DNA from: an uncultured Actinomycetota bacterium
GTDB lineage: Bacteria > Actinomycetota > Actinomycetes > JAHEKZ01
Assembly: GCA_963829525.1 (NCBI GenBank)
Contig: CAWHIJ010000003.1
Span: 2,816,001-2,880,000 of the forward strand
Length of the DNA stretch: 64,000 nucleotides
Reading direction: 5' to 3'
This document shows, piece by piece, positions 1 through 10,043 of this stretch. Within the stretch, counting starts at the first letter, position 1; every line of letters starts with the position of its first letter. The notes under the pieces were generated by a model. That model saw only the letters and a program-made list of their open reading frames with translations, did no database searches and was not told the DNA's origin. The position numbers and the translations under genes are program-made.

Positions 1-1
1 C

Positions 2-28
2 CTCGATCCTCGCATCGAGGAGGTGTGA
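2..28 (+). CDS. 3' end of upstream ABC permease (DppB/OppB-like), partial
   Basis: Reads LDPRIEEV-stop; LDPR is the usual OppB/DppB C-terminus, and its TGA overlaps the next ATG. Confidence 0.55.
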   Translation, partial: LDPRIEEV

Positions 29-954
29 TGGCCTCTGACAGCGCAGTAGTCGGCTCGGTCGTGGAAAGTCCTCGTCGCCTCGTGTGGCGACGACGTCGAG
101 AGGCAGTCAGCCGCAACTGGGCTCTTTACCGACAGAACAGGCAGGGCATGACCGGCCTGGGGGTCATGGTGTTCTTCGCGTTGCTGGCGCTCGCCGCACC
201 CTTGCTTGTCCCTGCGGCCGACATCGAACCGGCCACCGCACAGGGTTTGCCGAACCACCCGCCTTACGGCGGTTACCCACTCGGCACCGACAACTTCGGG
301 CGTTCGGTGCTCGACCTTGTGATCGTCGGTGCGCGAATCTCCCTTCTGGTCGGGGTCACGGCCACAATTGTCGCCGTTGCGCTCGGGGCGACGATCGGAC
401 TGATCAGCGGCTACTACGGTGGCACCAAGATCGACGTGGGCCTCAACGCCATCACCAACTGGTTCCTGGTGATCCCATGGCTGATCCTCGCCATTGTCCT
501 TTCGGCGATCCTCGGCGCCAGCGTCTGGATCATCATCTTGGTCATCGGCATCACGTCATGGGCACAGCCGGCCCGATTGATCCGCGCACAGGCGCTCAGC
601 GTCAGAGCACGGCCCTATGTCGAACGCGCGCGTGTGCTGGGGTGCGGCGACCGAGCCATCCTCGCTCGCCACATTCTTCCCAACGTCGCACCGGTCATCT
701 TTGCCAACGCCATCTTGACGGTCGCTGTCGCCATCCTCACTGAGACAACACTGTCGATCCTCGGCCTCGGTGACGCCACAGCGATCTCTTGGGGAGTTGT
801 CATCGAGCAGGCCTTCAGCGCAGGGGCCATGACGAACGGTTACTGGTGGTGGATGATGCCACCGGGAATCGCGATCGTCTGCGTGACCTTGGCATTCACC
901 ATGTGCGGCTACGCCCTGGACGAGGTGCTCAACCCCAAGCTACGCGGTCGCTGA
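28..954 (+). CDS. Peptide/nickel ABC transporter permease (DppC/OppC family)
   Basis: LGTDNFGRSVL, EAA-loop YVERARVLG, HILPN, C-terminal LNPKLR. Confidence 0.92.
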   Translation: MASDSAVVGSVVESPRRLVWRRRREAVSRNWALYRQNRQGMTGLGVMVFFALLALAAPLLVPAADIEPATAQGLPNHPPYGGYPLGTDNFGRSVLDLVIVGARISLLVGVTATIVAVALGATIGLISGYYGGTKIDVGLNAITNWFLVIPWLILAIVLSAILGASVWIIILVIGITSWAQPARLIRAQALSVRARPYVERARVLGCGDRAILARHILPNVAPVIFANAILTVAVAILTETTLSILGLGDATAISWGVVIEQAFSAGAMTNGYWWWMMPPGIAIVCVTLAFTMCGYALDEVLNPKLRGR

Positions 955-974
955 GCACAGGGTCGAGCAAGCCG

Positions 975-2384
975 TCAGGCTGGGACGCCCTGACGCAGTG
1001 CACGTGCGAAGGTCTCCAGGTTGGCGACGAACCGGTTGACGTCCTCCATGGTGTGCTGCACAGACATCGTCCACTGCTCGCACTTGCCCCACGGTGGCAG
1101 GAACACGTTGTTGTTGTGCTGATAGAGCCAGTGGGCGTTGCCCCACTGGTCGTCGTAGTCCAAGAAGTCCCGGTAGTTGCTCAGGTTGTCGGTGAAGATC
1201 ACCGCACCCTTGGCGCCGAAAGCTCGGACGAATCCTGGTAGCTGGTGCCGCTTCAGCACGTCCTCGCACCCCTTGACCTGCGCATCACGCAACGTGTCGA
1301 GGTGGGCGTACGCCTCTTGCGTCAGTACCTCCTGCAAAGTGGCGCGAGCCGCAGCCATGGTCAGCGGGTTCCCGTTGAACGTTCCGACCTGCTCATACGT
1401 GCGGTCGGCGATGAGGTTCATCAGCTCGGGAACTCCTCCGATCGCTCCGCAGGGAAGCCCACCACCCAGCGCCTTCGCGGTGCACAGCAGGTCGGGTGTC
1501 ACGCCGAGCAGCTCGGTGGCGCCACCGGGGGCCAATCCCAAGCCGGTCTTCACCTCGTCGAAAGCCAGCCACGCGCCGTGCCTGTGCAGCAGGTCCTTGA
1601 GGTCAGCCATGTATCCAGGTGGGGGCGGGATCAGGCCGATGTTCATCATCACCGGCTCGACGATCATTCCGGCGATCTCGTCCTTGTGGGTTGCTAGGGC
1701 CCTCTCGACAGCGGCGAGGTCTCCAAAGGGAACGATCACCGTCAGCTGAGCCATCGGGTCAGGGATGCCCTGACCCCCAACCGACCGCGGGGCCTGGGCC
1801 GAACCGGCCTCTTCCAAGGATGGAAAGACCGAGACCTGGGCGGCGTCGTGGTGTCCGTGGTAGCTGCCCTCAACCTTGATCACCTTGCTGCGCCCCGTCG
1901 CTACTCGCATGAGGTGGAAGGCGTCCATGGTCGCTTCGGTTCCGGAGTTGTTGTAGCGCCACAGCGGAAGGCCGAAGCGCTTGGTCAGCTCGCGGGCAAC
2001 GACGATGGCGTCCTCGGTCGGCTGGGCAAAGTGCGTGCCCTTGGTGACGCGGTCTCGTACCGCGGCGACGATCGCCGGGTGCGCATGTCCCACCAATCCC
2101 ACGCCGTAACCGCCGTGGAAGTCGGAGTACTCGGTTCCGTCGACATCCCAGATCTTCGAGCCTTCACCGCGGTCGATCCACACGGCGCACGGCGGGGCGT
2201 CTTGCCAGCTCGACGCTATGCCTCCGGCGAGTACCGTCCGGGCTTCGGCCCGCATCGCCTGCGACTTCTCGGTGCGGGCGAGCATGACCTTCTCCTGCTC
2301 GCTGATCAGCTGGTCCATCCGGTCCAGCAGCGGATCGGCACCGGGTGAGGTCCGCTCGCTGGCGATCGGCGCTGACACAGACAT
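975..2384 (-). CDS. Class III PLP aminotransferase (GSA-aminomutase-like subfamily)
   Basis: WDVDG, NSGTEA, YHGHHD, FDEVKTG, AKALGGG, GTFNGNP motifs; start set at MSVSAP (ATG 2384). Confidence 0.88.
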   Translation of the reverse strand: MSVSAPIASERTSPGADPLLDRMDQLISEQEKVMLARTEKSQAMRAEARTVLAGGIASSWQDAPPCAVWIDRGEGSKIWDVDGTEYSDFHGGYGVGLVGHAHPAIVAAVRDRVTKGTHFAQPTEDAIVVARELTKRFGLPLWRYNNSGTEATMDAFHLMRVATGRSKVIKVEGSYHGHHDAAQVSVFPSLEEAGSAQAPRSVGGQGIPDPMAQLTVIVPFGDLAAVERALATHKDEIAGMIVEPVMMNIGLIPPPPGYMADLKDLLHRHGAWLAFDEVKTGLGLAPGGATELLGVTPDLLCTAKALGGGLPCGAIGGVPELMNLIADRTYEQVGTFNGNPLTMAAARATLQEVLTQEAYAHLDTLRDAQVKGCEDVLKRHQLPGFVRAFGAKGAVIFTDNLSNYRDFLDYDDQWGNAHWLYQHNNNVFLPPWGKCEQWTMSVQHTMEDVNRFVANLETFARALRQGVPA

Positions 2385-2428
2385 GGGGTACCTCTTCTCC
2401 GCGGAGCTCTCGCCCCGCAATGGGGCCT

Positions 2429-3640
2429 TCAGCTGTCGATGGGAAAGGCGAGTGCTGCGCGCTGTTCATCGGTGATCATGTCGGCCACCCGCGTTGGGGC
2501 GACACCGGAGAGGTACGCCTGCGCCAGCCATTGCGTGAAGAGCCGGACGCCGACCTCGTGGTACGACGAGAGCGGGCCAGGACGGTAGCCGCGCGAGGCC
2601 ACTCCGCGCTGCACGCTCTCGCATGCCGTCCAGTCCTGCCGGTTGGTGATGTCCCAGAAGTCGACCGCGTACGCCGGGTCGAAGCCGGGCTTCTCGAAAG
2701 CCTCGGGTGGAAAGAGCCAGTGACACTCGATGAACGTGCGGTCGGGTGCGAGCGCAATCAGCCGATGGATCATCACATAGTCCGGGTGCAAGCTGACGAG
2801 CACGTTGGGTCCGACCTGCAGATAGAGCGTCGCGTGCCGGTACTTCTGTGGAAGATCAGCGATCGGAACGCCGCCACTGGTGCCGTCGAGCGACATCGTC
2901 TCGACGCCGTCCCGAAAGTCGTTCGTGCCGCCGAAGAACAGCCCCTCACCGAAGACGGAGACGCCGGCTTCGGTGTCGGAGACGAGGGAGAGCTCGGGGT
3001 GGACGGTGGGGCAGTGGAAGCATTCGTGGTAGTTCTCGACGATCAGCTTCCAGTTCGCCTCGATGGTGTAGCTGTGCGTCTCGGCAAGCCGCAGCTCGCC
3101 GATTCCGAAGTGATCAAGAATGTCGTCGAGCCCCTGGAGGTACTCGCTCAGCGGCGGCGCGTCGCCCGACATGTTGACCATGACGAAGCCGTTCCACAGC
3201 TCGAGGGCAACCGGCACCAACGAGTGCTGCGTCAGGTCGGTCACGTCGCCCTCATGGGTGGGCGGCACACCACGAAGGTCACCGTCCGGCGTGAACACCC
3301 ACGCGTGGTAGGGGCACCGGATCAGACTGCCGCTCGCCTCGCCACCGGCCGGAAGCAGCTCGTGACCGCGGTGGCGACACGAGTTGTAGAAGCCCCGCAG
3401 CCGCCCGTCGGTGCCCATCACGACGAGCAGGCCCTCGCCCCCGACCTGGTACGCGCGGCGGTCGCCGGCCTTGACGAACGAGCCGGCTGGTCCGATGCAG
3501 ATCCAGCCACCCGCGAAGACATGATCGTTCTCCCACGCGAGCACGTCAGCCTCGGTGTAGGCCGCGGCCGGGAGCATCTGACCACTGCCGTTCATTGACG
3601 GACGGAGCTGCTCCGCCGTCATGGGAAGTTCCCTGGCCAT
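2429..3640 (-). CDS. Rieske non-heme iron oxygenase alpha subunit (choline monooxygenase/GbcA-like)
   Basis: Rieske CRHRG...CPYHAW, mononuclear Fe motif ENYHECFHCPTVHP, QDWTACESVQRG; GGAGAGG upstream of ATG 3640. Confidence 0.9.
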   Translation of the reverse strand: MARELPMTAEQLRPSMNGSGQMLPAAAYTEADVLAWENDHVFAGGWICIGPAGSFVKAGDRRAYQVGGEGLLVVMGTDGRLRGFYNSCRHRGHELLPAGGEASGSLIRCPYHAWVFTPDGDLRGVPPTHEGDVTDLTQHSLVPVALELWNGFVMVNMSGDAPPLSEYLQGLDDILDHFGIGELRLAETHSYTIEANWKLIVENYHECFHCPTVHPELSLVSDTEAGVSVFGEGLFFGGTNDFRDGVETMSLDGTSGGVPIADLPQKYRHATLYLQVGPNVLVSLHPDYVMIHRLIALAPDRTFIECHWLFPPEAFEKPGFDPAYAVDFWDITNRQDWTACESVQRGVASRGYRPGPLSSYHEVGVRLFTQWLAQAYLSGVAPTRVADMITDEQRAALAFPIDS

Positions 3641-3786
3641 TGCCGCTTCGTCCTCTCCGTCGCGCCACAAAAGGGTCACGATCTGAACCCCGATTCGCCC
3701 AAAACGTTCCACGAGCCACCCTGATCAGGCCAGAATGACGTGATCAGGCGCAACCCTTGTCCTCGAGGGCTACTCTCGACAGACTA

Positions 3787-3804
3787 ACTGACCAACCAGT
3801 CAGT
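3787..3804. promoter_or_regulatory. Putative TetR operator in Rieske/potD divergent region
   Basis: ACTGAC-CAACCA-GTCAGT inverted repeat containing ACTGA-N4-CCAGT, similar to 8292-8305. Confidence 0.5.
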
Positions 3805-3864
3805 CAGGAAGATTCACGACCGCGGAGATCTCGATACATACCTTTCCTTCCAGGAGGACCCGGC

Positions 3865-5131
3865 ATGCCGTTCGATCCCAAGTCATCCGACCGAGCCCGC
3901 TCAGTGGCGGCCACAACTGCATCGCCGCGATGTTCTTCGGGGTGGAGCACTCGCGGCAGTGGGCCTGGGGGCGGCCCCGCTCCTGGCGGCCTGCGGGGGG
4001 AATGACAACAGCCCAGCCGGAAGTGCAGACTCTTACCCGCTGGCAACGCCTGAGAACCCGGTTACGCTGCCGATCTTCGACGACAACCAGCCCATCGAGA
4101 GCGGCCTGGAGCCCGAAAAGGCCAAGACCCTGCGGGTCCTGAACTACGCGGACTACATGGCGCCGGGAGTCATGAAGGACTTCCAGTCGAAGTACGGCGC
4201 CGAAGTGCAGGTGACCCCGTACAACAACTACGACGAGATGCTGACCAAGATCAGCGCGCCCGGTGCCGAGTTCGACGTGGTCTTCCCAGGCCCCAGCGTG
4301 ATGAGTCGCATGGTCTACGGCAAGTTCCTGCAGCCGTTACAGCAGTCGTACATGACGAACTTGAAGAACGTGTGGCCCGAGTACCAGGACCCCTGGTACG
4401 ACGTCGGCTCGCAGTACAGCGTGCCCTACACCGTGTACACCACCGGGATCGGCTACCGTTCCGACCGCGTCAGCGACCCGTCTGAGGGCTACAAGATGCT
4501 CTGGAACCCCGAGTACTCCGGCAAGATGGGCGTTCTCGATGACGCGGGCGAGGCGCTCGGCATGGCCATGCTGGCCTGGGACATCACCAAGGACATCAAC
4601 ACCGCTGACCCCGAACTGATCACGGCGGCCGAGGACAAGCTCAACGAGCTGATCCCGCTGGGTGTGAAGGTGGACATCACCCAGTACGAGACGATTGCGA
4701 ACGGCAGGTTCACCGTTCACCAGGCCTGGTCGGGCGACATGATCGCCGCCAGGTGGTACCTGGCCGGGGGTGCCACGAGACAGGATCTCGGGTACTGGGT
4801 GCCCGAGTCGAAGTCAGACGTCGTCATCGGTAACGACAACATCTGCATCCCCAAGTCGTCGCCCAGCCCAGTGTTGGCGCACACCTTCGTCAACAGCATC
4901 CTCGACGACAAGATCGCCGAGAAGAACTTCAGCTGGAATGGCTACCAGCCACCGCTCACCAAGCTCGACGCCCAGTACCTCATCGACAACGGCTACATCA
5001 CGGACAACTTGATGTCGGCAGTCGTGGTTCCGGAAGACTTCGCATCGGGGATCAGCTTCTACGAGCAGACCCCGGCGGTTCAGAACCTGTATCTGGCGGC
5101 CTTCCAGGAGTTCCAGAGTGGCGGCAACTAA
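3865..5131 (+). CDS. Polyamine-type ABC substrate-binding lipoprotein (PotD-like), Tat signal; frameshift near N-terminus
   Basis: AGGAGG 7 nt before ATG 3865; RRDVLRGG...LLAAC (Tat + lipobox) lies in the frame of ORF 3959..5131, offset from the ATG; VLNYADY, YSVPYTVYTTGIGY, AWSGD motifs. Confidence 0.85.
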
Positions 5132-6035
5132 GGAAACGGTGGGGGGCCGGAAAGACGCGGCCACGCGTTTCCTCTGGCCCGCCCTCGCAGTACCCGGCAC
5201 GGCCTGGCTTGTCGCGCTCTTCCTCGTCCCGTTCTACGGGATCATGGCGATCGCGTTCTCAAGCCAGCTCAACATTCTCGGGCAGCCCATTCCGGCGTGG
5301 AACCCGCTCAAGTGGGACTTCACCGTCATGGGGCAGGTGATCGACGAATCGATCAACGGCAGCTATCGCTCCGCCTGGGAGCACACGTTCATCTACACGG
5401 CCATCGCGATGTCGCTCTGCGTGCTGATCGGGTATCCGGTGGCCTACTACGTGGCTCGGCTTGCCCGCGGAAACCGCGGCCTGCTGCTCGCGCTCATCCT
5501 GGCTCCTTGGTGGATCAACTACCTCACGCGCATGCTTGCCTGGGTCGGCATCCTTGGCGACCAGGGATATGCCAACGACATCGTCAGGTTCTTCGGATTC
5601 GCACAGGTGGACTGGCTTGGCGGTCAGTGGTACGTCGTTGTGGTCGCACTCGTCTACGGCTACCTGCCGTTCTTCATCGTGCCGCTCTATGCCTATCTCG
5701 ACCGCATCGACCAAAGCATGATCGAGGCATCCCGCGATCTCGGTGCGAACACGATCCGCACCTTCTTCCGCGTCACCCTGCCACTCAGTCGGATCGGCCT
5801 GATCACAGCCCTGGTCATCACGGCTCTTCCGATGTTCGGTGACTACTACACCAACACCCTGGTCTCGAACTCTCCGACCACGGTCATGGTCGGCAACTCG
5901 ATCGAGAAGTCGATCCAGAGCGGCTTCTCGCGGGGCCAAGGGGCCAGCCTGGTGCTGCTGCTGTCGGCGGTGCTGCTGATCTTCATGGCCTACTACCTGA
6001 TCTTGACGGTGCGGGCATCACGGGAGGCGCGATGA
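5118..6035 (+). CDS. Polyamine ABC permease (PotB-like)
   Basis: GYPVAY, YGYLPF, IEASRDLGA, TFFRVTLP. Confidence 0.9.
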   Translation: MAATKETVGGRKDAATRFLWPALAVPGTAWLVALFLVPFYGIMAIAFSSQLNILGQPIPAWNPLKWDFTVMGQVIDESINGSYRSAWEHTFIYTAIAMSLCVLIGYPVAYYVARLARGNRGLLLALILAPWWINYLTRMLAWVGILGDQGYANDIVRFFGFAQVDWLGGQWYVVVVALVYGYLPFFIVPLYAYLDRIDQSMIEASRDLGANTIRTFFRVTLPLSRIGLITALVITALPMFGDYYTNTLVSNSPTTVMVGNSIEKSIQSGFSRGQGASLVLLLSAVLLIFMAYYLILTVRASREAR

Positions 6036-7027
6036 CAACCATCGGTGTCGACGCGCCTGGCGCGGCAGATTCGTGGGACGAGAAGGATCGGTACGTTCCT
6101 CCGCCTGAGGCGATCCGGCCGCCGAAGAAAGGGTTCGTCCCGCCATGGCGCAACCCATGGCGTCGTCCCTACGTACTCGCCACGATCACCTGGGTCTACA
6201 TCCTGTGGAGCCTGGTGCCGGTCCTGATCGCCGTCCAGTTCTCGTTCAACGACTCACGATCGCGCAGCTCATGGAACGGCTTCACCACCGCGTGGTACTG
6301 CTGCGGCAAGCCAGGGTCGATCGCGGAGGGTACGTCGGTCTTCGGCGCCGGTGCCAACGATGCGTTGTTGCTTGCCCTGCGGAACAGCTTGACGCTAGGA
6401 GTCGTCACCACCCTGATCTCCGTACCCATCGGTACGGCGCTTGCGCTCGGTCTCAGCCGCTGGCGCTCGCGTACCAGCAACGCGGCCAACGCTGTCTCGC
6501 TCTTCCCACTGGTCACCCCAGAGCTGGTCCTGGGTTCGGCCCTCTATCTGGTGATCTCGACCCTCTACACGCAGATCGGGCTGGGCCGCACCGCCCTGAT
6601 CCTGGGTCACGTCACGTTCTCGATCTCGTTCATCCTGGTGATCGTGCGTGGCCGCCTGGTGAGTATCGGTAGCGAGTTCGAGACCGCGGCCCAAGATCTC
6701 GGCGCAACACGCATCCAGGCGATCCGAACGGTGCTCCTGCCCATGCTGGTCCCGGCGATCTTCGCAGCGGCCATGATTACCTTCGCCGCATCCCTCGACG
6801 ACTTCGTCGTCAGCAACTTCCTCTATGGCGACGCCAGCCAGATCACCGTTCCGGTCCTGCTGTACAGCGCCGTCAAGGCGGCCCCGTCGCCAGCACTCAA
6901 CGCGCTGGCGACCCTCCTGCTGATCGGCACACTGGCAGCACTGCTGCTCACGTATCTCGTCCTCCGCTTGCGACGCAGAGGAGATGGCGGCTCTGCCCTC
7001 GACGACCTGGCCGGCGTCGAGATGTAG
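6032..7027 (+). CDS. Polyamine ABC permease (PotC-like)
   Basis: FSFN, ETAAQDLGA, SLDDFVVS; ATGA overlap with previous gene. Confidence 0.9.
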   Translation: MTTIGVDAPGAADSWDEKDRYVPPPEAIRPPKKGFVPPWRNPWRRPYVLATITWVYILWSLVPVLIAVQFSFNDSRSRSSWNGFTTAWYCCGKPGSIAEGTSVFGAGANDALLLALRNSLTLGVVTTLISVPIGTALALGLSRWRSRTSNAANAVSLFPLVTPELVLGSALYLVISTLYTQIGLGRTALILGHVTFSISFILVIVRGRLVSIGSEFETAAQDLGATRIQAIRTVLLPMLVPAIFAAAMITFAASLDDFVVSNFLYGDASQITVPVLLYSAVKAAPSPALNALATLLLIGTLAALLLTYLVLRLRRRGDGGSALDDLAGVEM

Positions 7028-7099
7028 CGGTCCGCCAAGCGCGGTGGGCCGCAGGACAGACTCCAGGTACGGCCGAGCACAGGCACAAGCGGGGTCGGT

Positions 7100-8248
7100 T
7101 CAGCCAGCCCTCGACACCGAGTCGGAATCGCTCCAGGCGTGTTCTTCGGAGTGCTCCAACACGTGCAGCGATTCCGCAGGCATCCGGACGCGACACGCAT
7201 CGCCTGACCTCCACGGCTCTTCGTGCACGGCGTTGGTGACGAGCGACTGGACGCTCGTACCGTCCGCGAGTCGCACGAACACCTGTGACGTGGACCCCAG
7301 GTAGACGACCCGCTCGACCATCGCGGGCAGCCGGTTGTCTCCACTGAGCTCGCCCTCTTCGAGGTGCAGGCTCTCGGGCCGGATCACCGCGCGACCAGGA
7401 CCAGCCTGGAAGCCCTCGGGAATCTGGGCGTCGAGGGTGAAGTCGCCGAGCTTGACGCGACCTACTCCGGCACTGCTGCTCTCGACCTGGACGTCCATCA
7501 GGTTGGCCACTCCGAGGAAGTCGGCCACGAACTCACTACGGGGGAACTGGTAGATCTCGCGGGGCGCACCCAACTGCATGATCTTGCCCTTGCTCATGAC
7601 CGCGAGGCGGTCAGACATCTCCAGCGCCTCTTCCTGGTCGTGTGTGACGAAGACAAATGTGATGCCCACCCGCCGCTGCAGCTCGGTGAGCTGGGCGCGC
7701 AGCGAGTGGCGGAGCTTGGCATCCAACGCACCGAGCGGTTCGTCGAGGAGGAGGACCGAGGGCTCGAGCACGAGCGCCCGCGCCAGGGCGATGCGCTGCT
7801 GCTGCCCTCCGGAGAGCTGGTTGGGGCGGCGCTTGGCGTACTCGGTCATCTCGACCAGCTCGAGCGCGGCGTCAACCTTGCCCTTGCGGTCGCTCTTGGG
7901 AACATCCTTGGCCCAGCGCAGGCCGTACTCGACGTTCTTCCATACGTCCATGTGTGGGAAGAGCGCGTAGCTCTGGAAGACCGTGTTGACCGGCCGCTTG
8001 TGGGGAGGCGTCTGCGCGACATCGGTGCCGTCGATCAGGATCTGCCCGTCGGTGGGTTGCTCAAACCCCGCCAGCATGCGGAGCGTCGTGGTCTTGCCGC
8101 AACCCGAGGGGCCGAGCAGCGAGAAGAACTCACCTGAAGCGACGTCGAGGTCGATTCCGTCGACGGCGACCGACCCTCCTTCAAATACCTTGCGGAGCCC
8201 AAGAATTGAGATTGATCCGCCGGTGGTCGCTGCACTTTCATCAGTCAT
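7100..8248 (-). CDS. Polyamine ABC ATP-binding subunit (PotA-like, C-terminal TOBE)
   Basis: GPSGCGKT, LSGGQQQR, LLLDEP, VTHDQEEA, NTVFQSYALFPH. Confidence 0.93.
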   Translation of the reverse strand: MTDESAATTGGSISILGLRKVFEGGSVAVDGIDLDVASGEFFSLLGPSGCGKTTTLRMLAGFEQPTDGQILIDGTDVAQTPPHKRPVNTVFQSYALFPHMDVWKNVEYGLRWAKDVPKSDRKGKVDAALELVEMTEYAKRRPNQLSGGQQQRIALARALVLEPSVLLLDEPLGALDAKLRHSLRAQLTELQRRVGITFVFVTHDQEEALEMSDRLAVMSKGKIMQLGAPREIYQFPRSEFVADFLGVANLMDVQVESSSAGVGRVKLGDFTLDAQIPEGFQAGPGRAVIRPESLHLEEGELSGDNRLPAMVERVVYLGSTSQVFVRLADGTSVQSLVTNAVHEEPWRSGDACRVRMPAESLHVLEHSEEHAWSDSDSVSRAG

Positions 8249-8277
8249 GCGCGGAAGTCTAGAGGGCCCGCGCGGCG

Positions 8278-8305
8278 CAGTCAGCCGGCTGACTGAATAT
8301 TCAGT
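8278..8305. promoter_or_regulatory. Overlapping palindromes between potA and tetR (putative operator)
   Basis: Perfect CAGTCAGCCGGCTGACTG (8278-8295) and ACTGAATATTCAGT (8292-8305). Confidence 0.6.
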
Positions 8306-8348
8306 AAGAATCCCCCCGCAGCTACGGGTCGGCCGCTAAGTTAGCGGC

Positions 8349-8996
8349 GTGGCACGAGCAGGAGCGGCGCGAACCAGCCGCCAGGAGCAGGTTGAGCAGC
8401 GGCGCGCTGAGTTGCTGGAGGCGGCCAAACAGGTCGTCCTGGAGCGTGGACTCTCCAATACCCGAGTGGCCGATGTCGCTGCCGCCACCAAGGTTAGCGG
8501 CGGGCTGATCCACTACCACTTCGCCACCAAGGACGTTCTGCTCACCGAGATGCTCCGCAACGAGGCCGAGCATGACATCGCCAAGGCGCGCCGCCTGGCA
8601 ACTGGGGCCGGCACCGCACTGCAGCGCCTCGACCGCGTCATGCGCGAGTTCGTCCCCAGCTCACGCAACGACCAGACCTGGGTATTGTGGATCGACGCTT
8701 GGGGAGCCGGCCTGCGCGACGACACGCTGCGCACGATCTCTGAAGAGCTCGACACGGCTTGGACCGAGATGCTTCTCACCGTCATCGAGGACGGCGTCGC
8801 ATCTGGTGAGTTCGCTACCGATGACCCGAGGGGCGTTGCCGACCGGTTGTCCTCACTGCTCGACGGCCTTGGTCTGCGCGTCACGTTGCAGCGTCCAGGC
8901 GTCACCCGCAAGCAGATGCACGAGCACGCCAGAGTGGCCGCCGAGCTGGAACTCGGCCTCGTACCCGGCTCATTGGCCAACGCGTCCGGATCCTGA
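8349..8996 (+). CDS. TetR/AcrR regulator with BetI-like C-terminal domain
   Basis: HTH TRVADVA...GLIHYHFATKD; WIDAW and LDGLG motifs. Confidence 0.9.
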   Translation: MARAGAARTSRQEQVEQRRAELLEAAKQVVLERGLSNTRVADVAAATKVSGGLIHYHFATKDVLLTEMLRNEAEHDIAKARRLATGAGTALQRLDRVMREFVPSSRNDQTWVLWIDAWGAGLRDDTLRTISEELDTAWTEMLLTVIEDGVASGEFATDDPRGVADRLSSLLDGLGLRVTLQRPGVTRKQMHEHARVAAELELGLVPGSLANASGS

Positions 8997-9024
8997 CGCC
9001 GACTTTCTGACCAGGGACACGCCC

Positions 9025-9996
9025 ATGTTCGCTGCCATCGCCACCTCCTTCGATGCCGAGCATCCACTCAATGGGCTCACCCTTGGTGACCACGCCGAAC
9101 CCACGCCGCCGGATGACAGCTGGACGACGGTCACCGTGCGGGCCACCGCCCTGAACCACCACGACCTGTGGTCGCTCAAGGGCGTAGGACTTCGCCCAGA
9201 GCAGCTGCCGATGATCCTTGGCACCGATGCCGCCGGCGTCGCCGAGGATGGTCTTGAGGTCGTCGTACACGCGGTGATCGCAGACCCGGCGCGTGGCGGT
9301 GGCGACGAGACCTTCGACCCCAAGCGCTCGCTGCTGTCTGAGGTCTACGACGGGACGCTGGCTGAGCGGGTCACGGTGCCGCGTCGAAACTTGGTGGCGA
9401 AGCCGGCGTCACTCTCCTTCGAACAGGCGTCGTGCCTGCCGACAGCGTGGCTTACTGCGTATCGCATGCTGACCACCCGCGGTCAGTTGATGGCTGGCGA
9501 GACCGTCCTCGTACAGGGTGCCGGCGGTGGCGTATCGACAGCGTTGGTGCCGCTCGCCAAGGCCATGGGGTTGCGGGTCTGGGTCACCAGCCGTACTGCC
9601 ACAAAGCGTGAGCAGGTGATGGCGCTTGGCGCAGATGCGGCATTCGAGCCGGGCGCCCGGCTGCCCGAACGAGTCGACGCCGTCATGGAGTCGGTCGGCG
9701 AAGCAACGTGGAGCCACTCGCTCAAGTCGCTGCGTCCCGGTGGTCGCGTCGTCGTCTGCGGATCCACCTCTGGCGCGAACCCGTCCGCCGACCTCGCCAG
9801 AGTGTTCTTCCTCCAGCTGTCGGTGATTGGTTCGACGATGGGGACGCGCGACGAGCTCGAGCAGCTGCTGTCGTTCTGCGCTGAGCATTCACTCACGCCA
9901 GTGATTGACCGCACCTATCCACTTGCCGAAGCCGATCAGGCTCTTTCCCGACTCGCCTCCGGCGACGAGTTCGGCAAGATCGTGGTCACAGCCTGA
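9025..9996 (+). CDS. Zinc-binding dehydrogenase / NADPH:quinone oxidoreductase (MDR family)
   Basis: LNHHDLW, LPTAWLTAYRML, VQGAGGGV, IGSTMG; true start MFAAIA at 9025. Confidence 0.9.
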   Translation: MFAAIATSFDAEHPLNGLTLGDHAEPTPPDDSWTTVTVRATALNHHDLWSLKGVGLRPEQLPMILGTDAAGVAEDGLEVVVHAVIADPARGGGDETFDPKRSLLSEVYDGTLAERVTVPRRNLVAKPASLSFEQASCLPTAWLTAYRMLTTRGQLMAGETVLVQGAGGGVSTALVPLAKAMGLRVWVTSRTATKREQVMALGADAAFEPGARLPERVDAVMESVGEATWSHSLKSLRPGGRVVVCGSTSGANPSADLARVFFLQLSVIGSTMGTRDELEQLLSFCAEHSLTPVIDRTYPLAEADQALSRLASGDEFGKIVVTA

Positions 9997-10043
9997 GTGT
10001 TCGCGTCGCGACTTCCTCCACTCATCGCCGCTACCGAGGGTTG

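Noticed and set aside
975-2384. hemL assignment
   Set aside because: Context is amine transport/oxidation with no hem genes nearby; family-level call only.
2345-3598. Long antisense/alternate-frame ORFs (also 16360..17337, 42696..44303, 53623..55164)
   Set aside because: Shadow ORFs expected in high-GC DNA; no recognisable motifs, and they overlap well-supported genes.
8572-9024. Long N-terminal extensions of the MDR, dinB, groEL and E2 ORFs in the track
   Set aside because: They overlap neighbouring genes or regulatory DNA; better starts with RBS or homology onset lie downstream.
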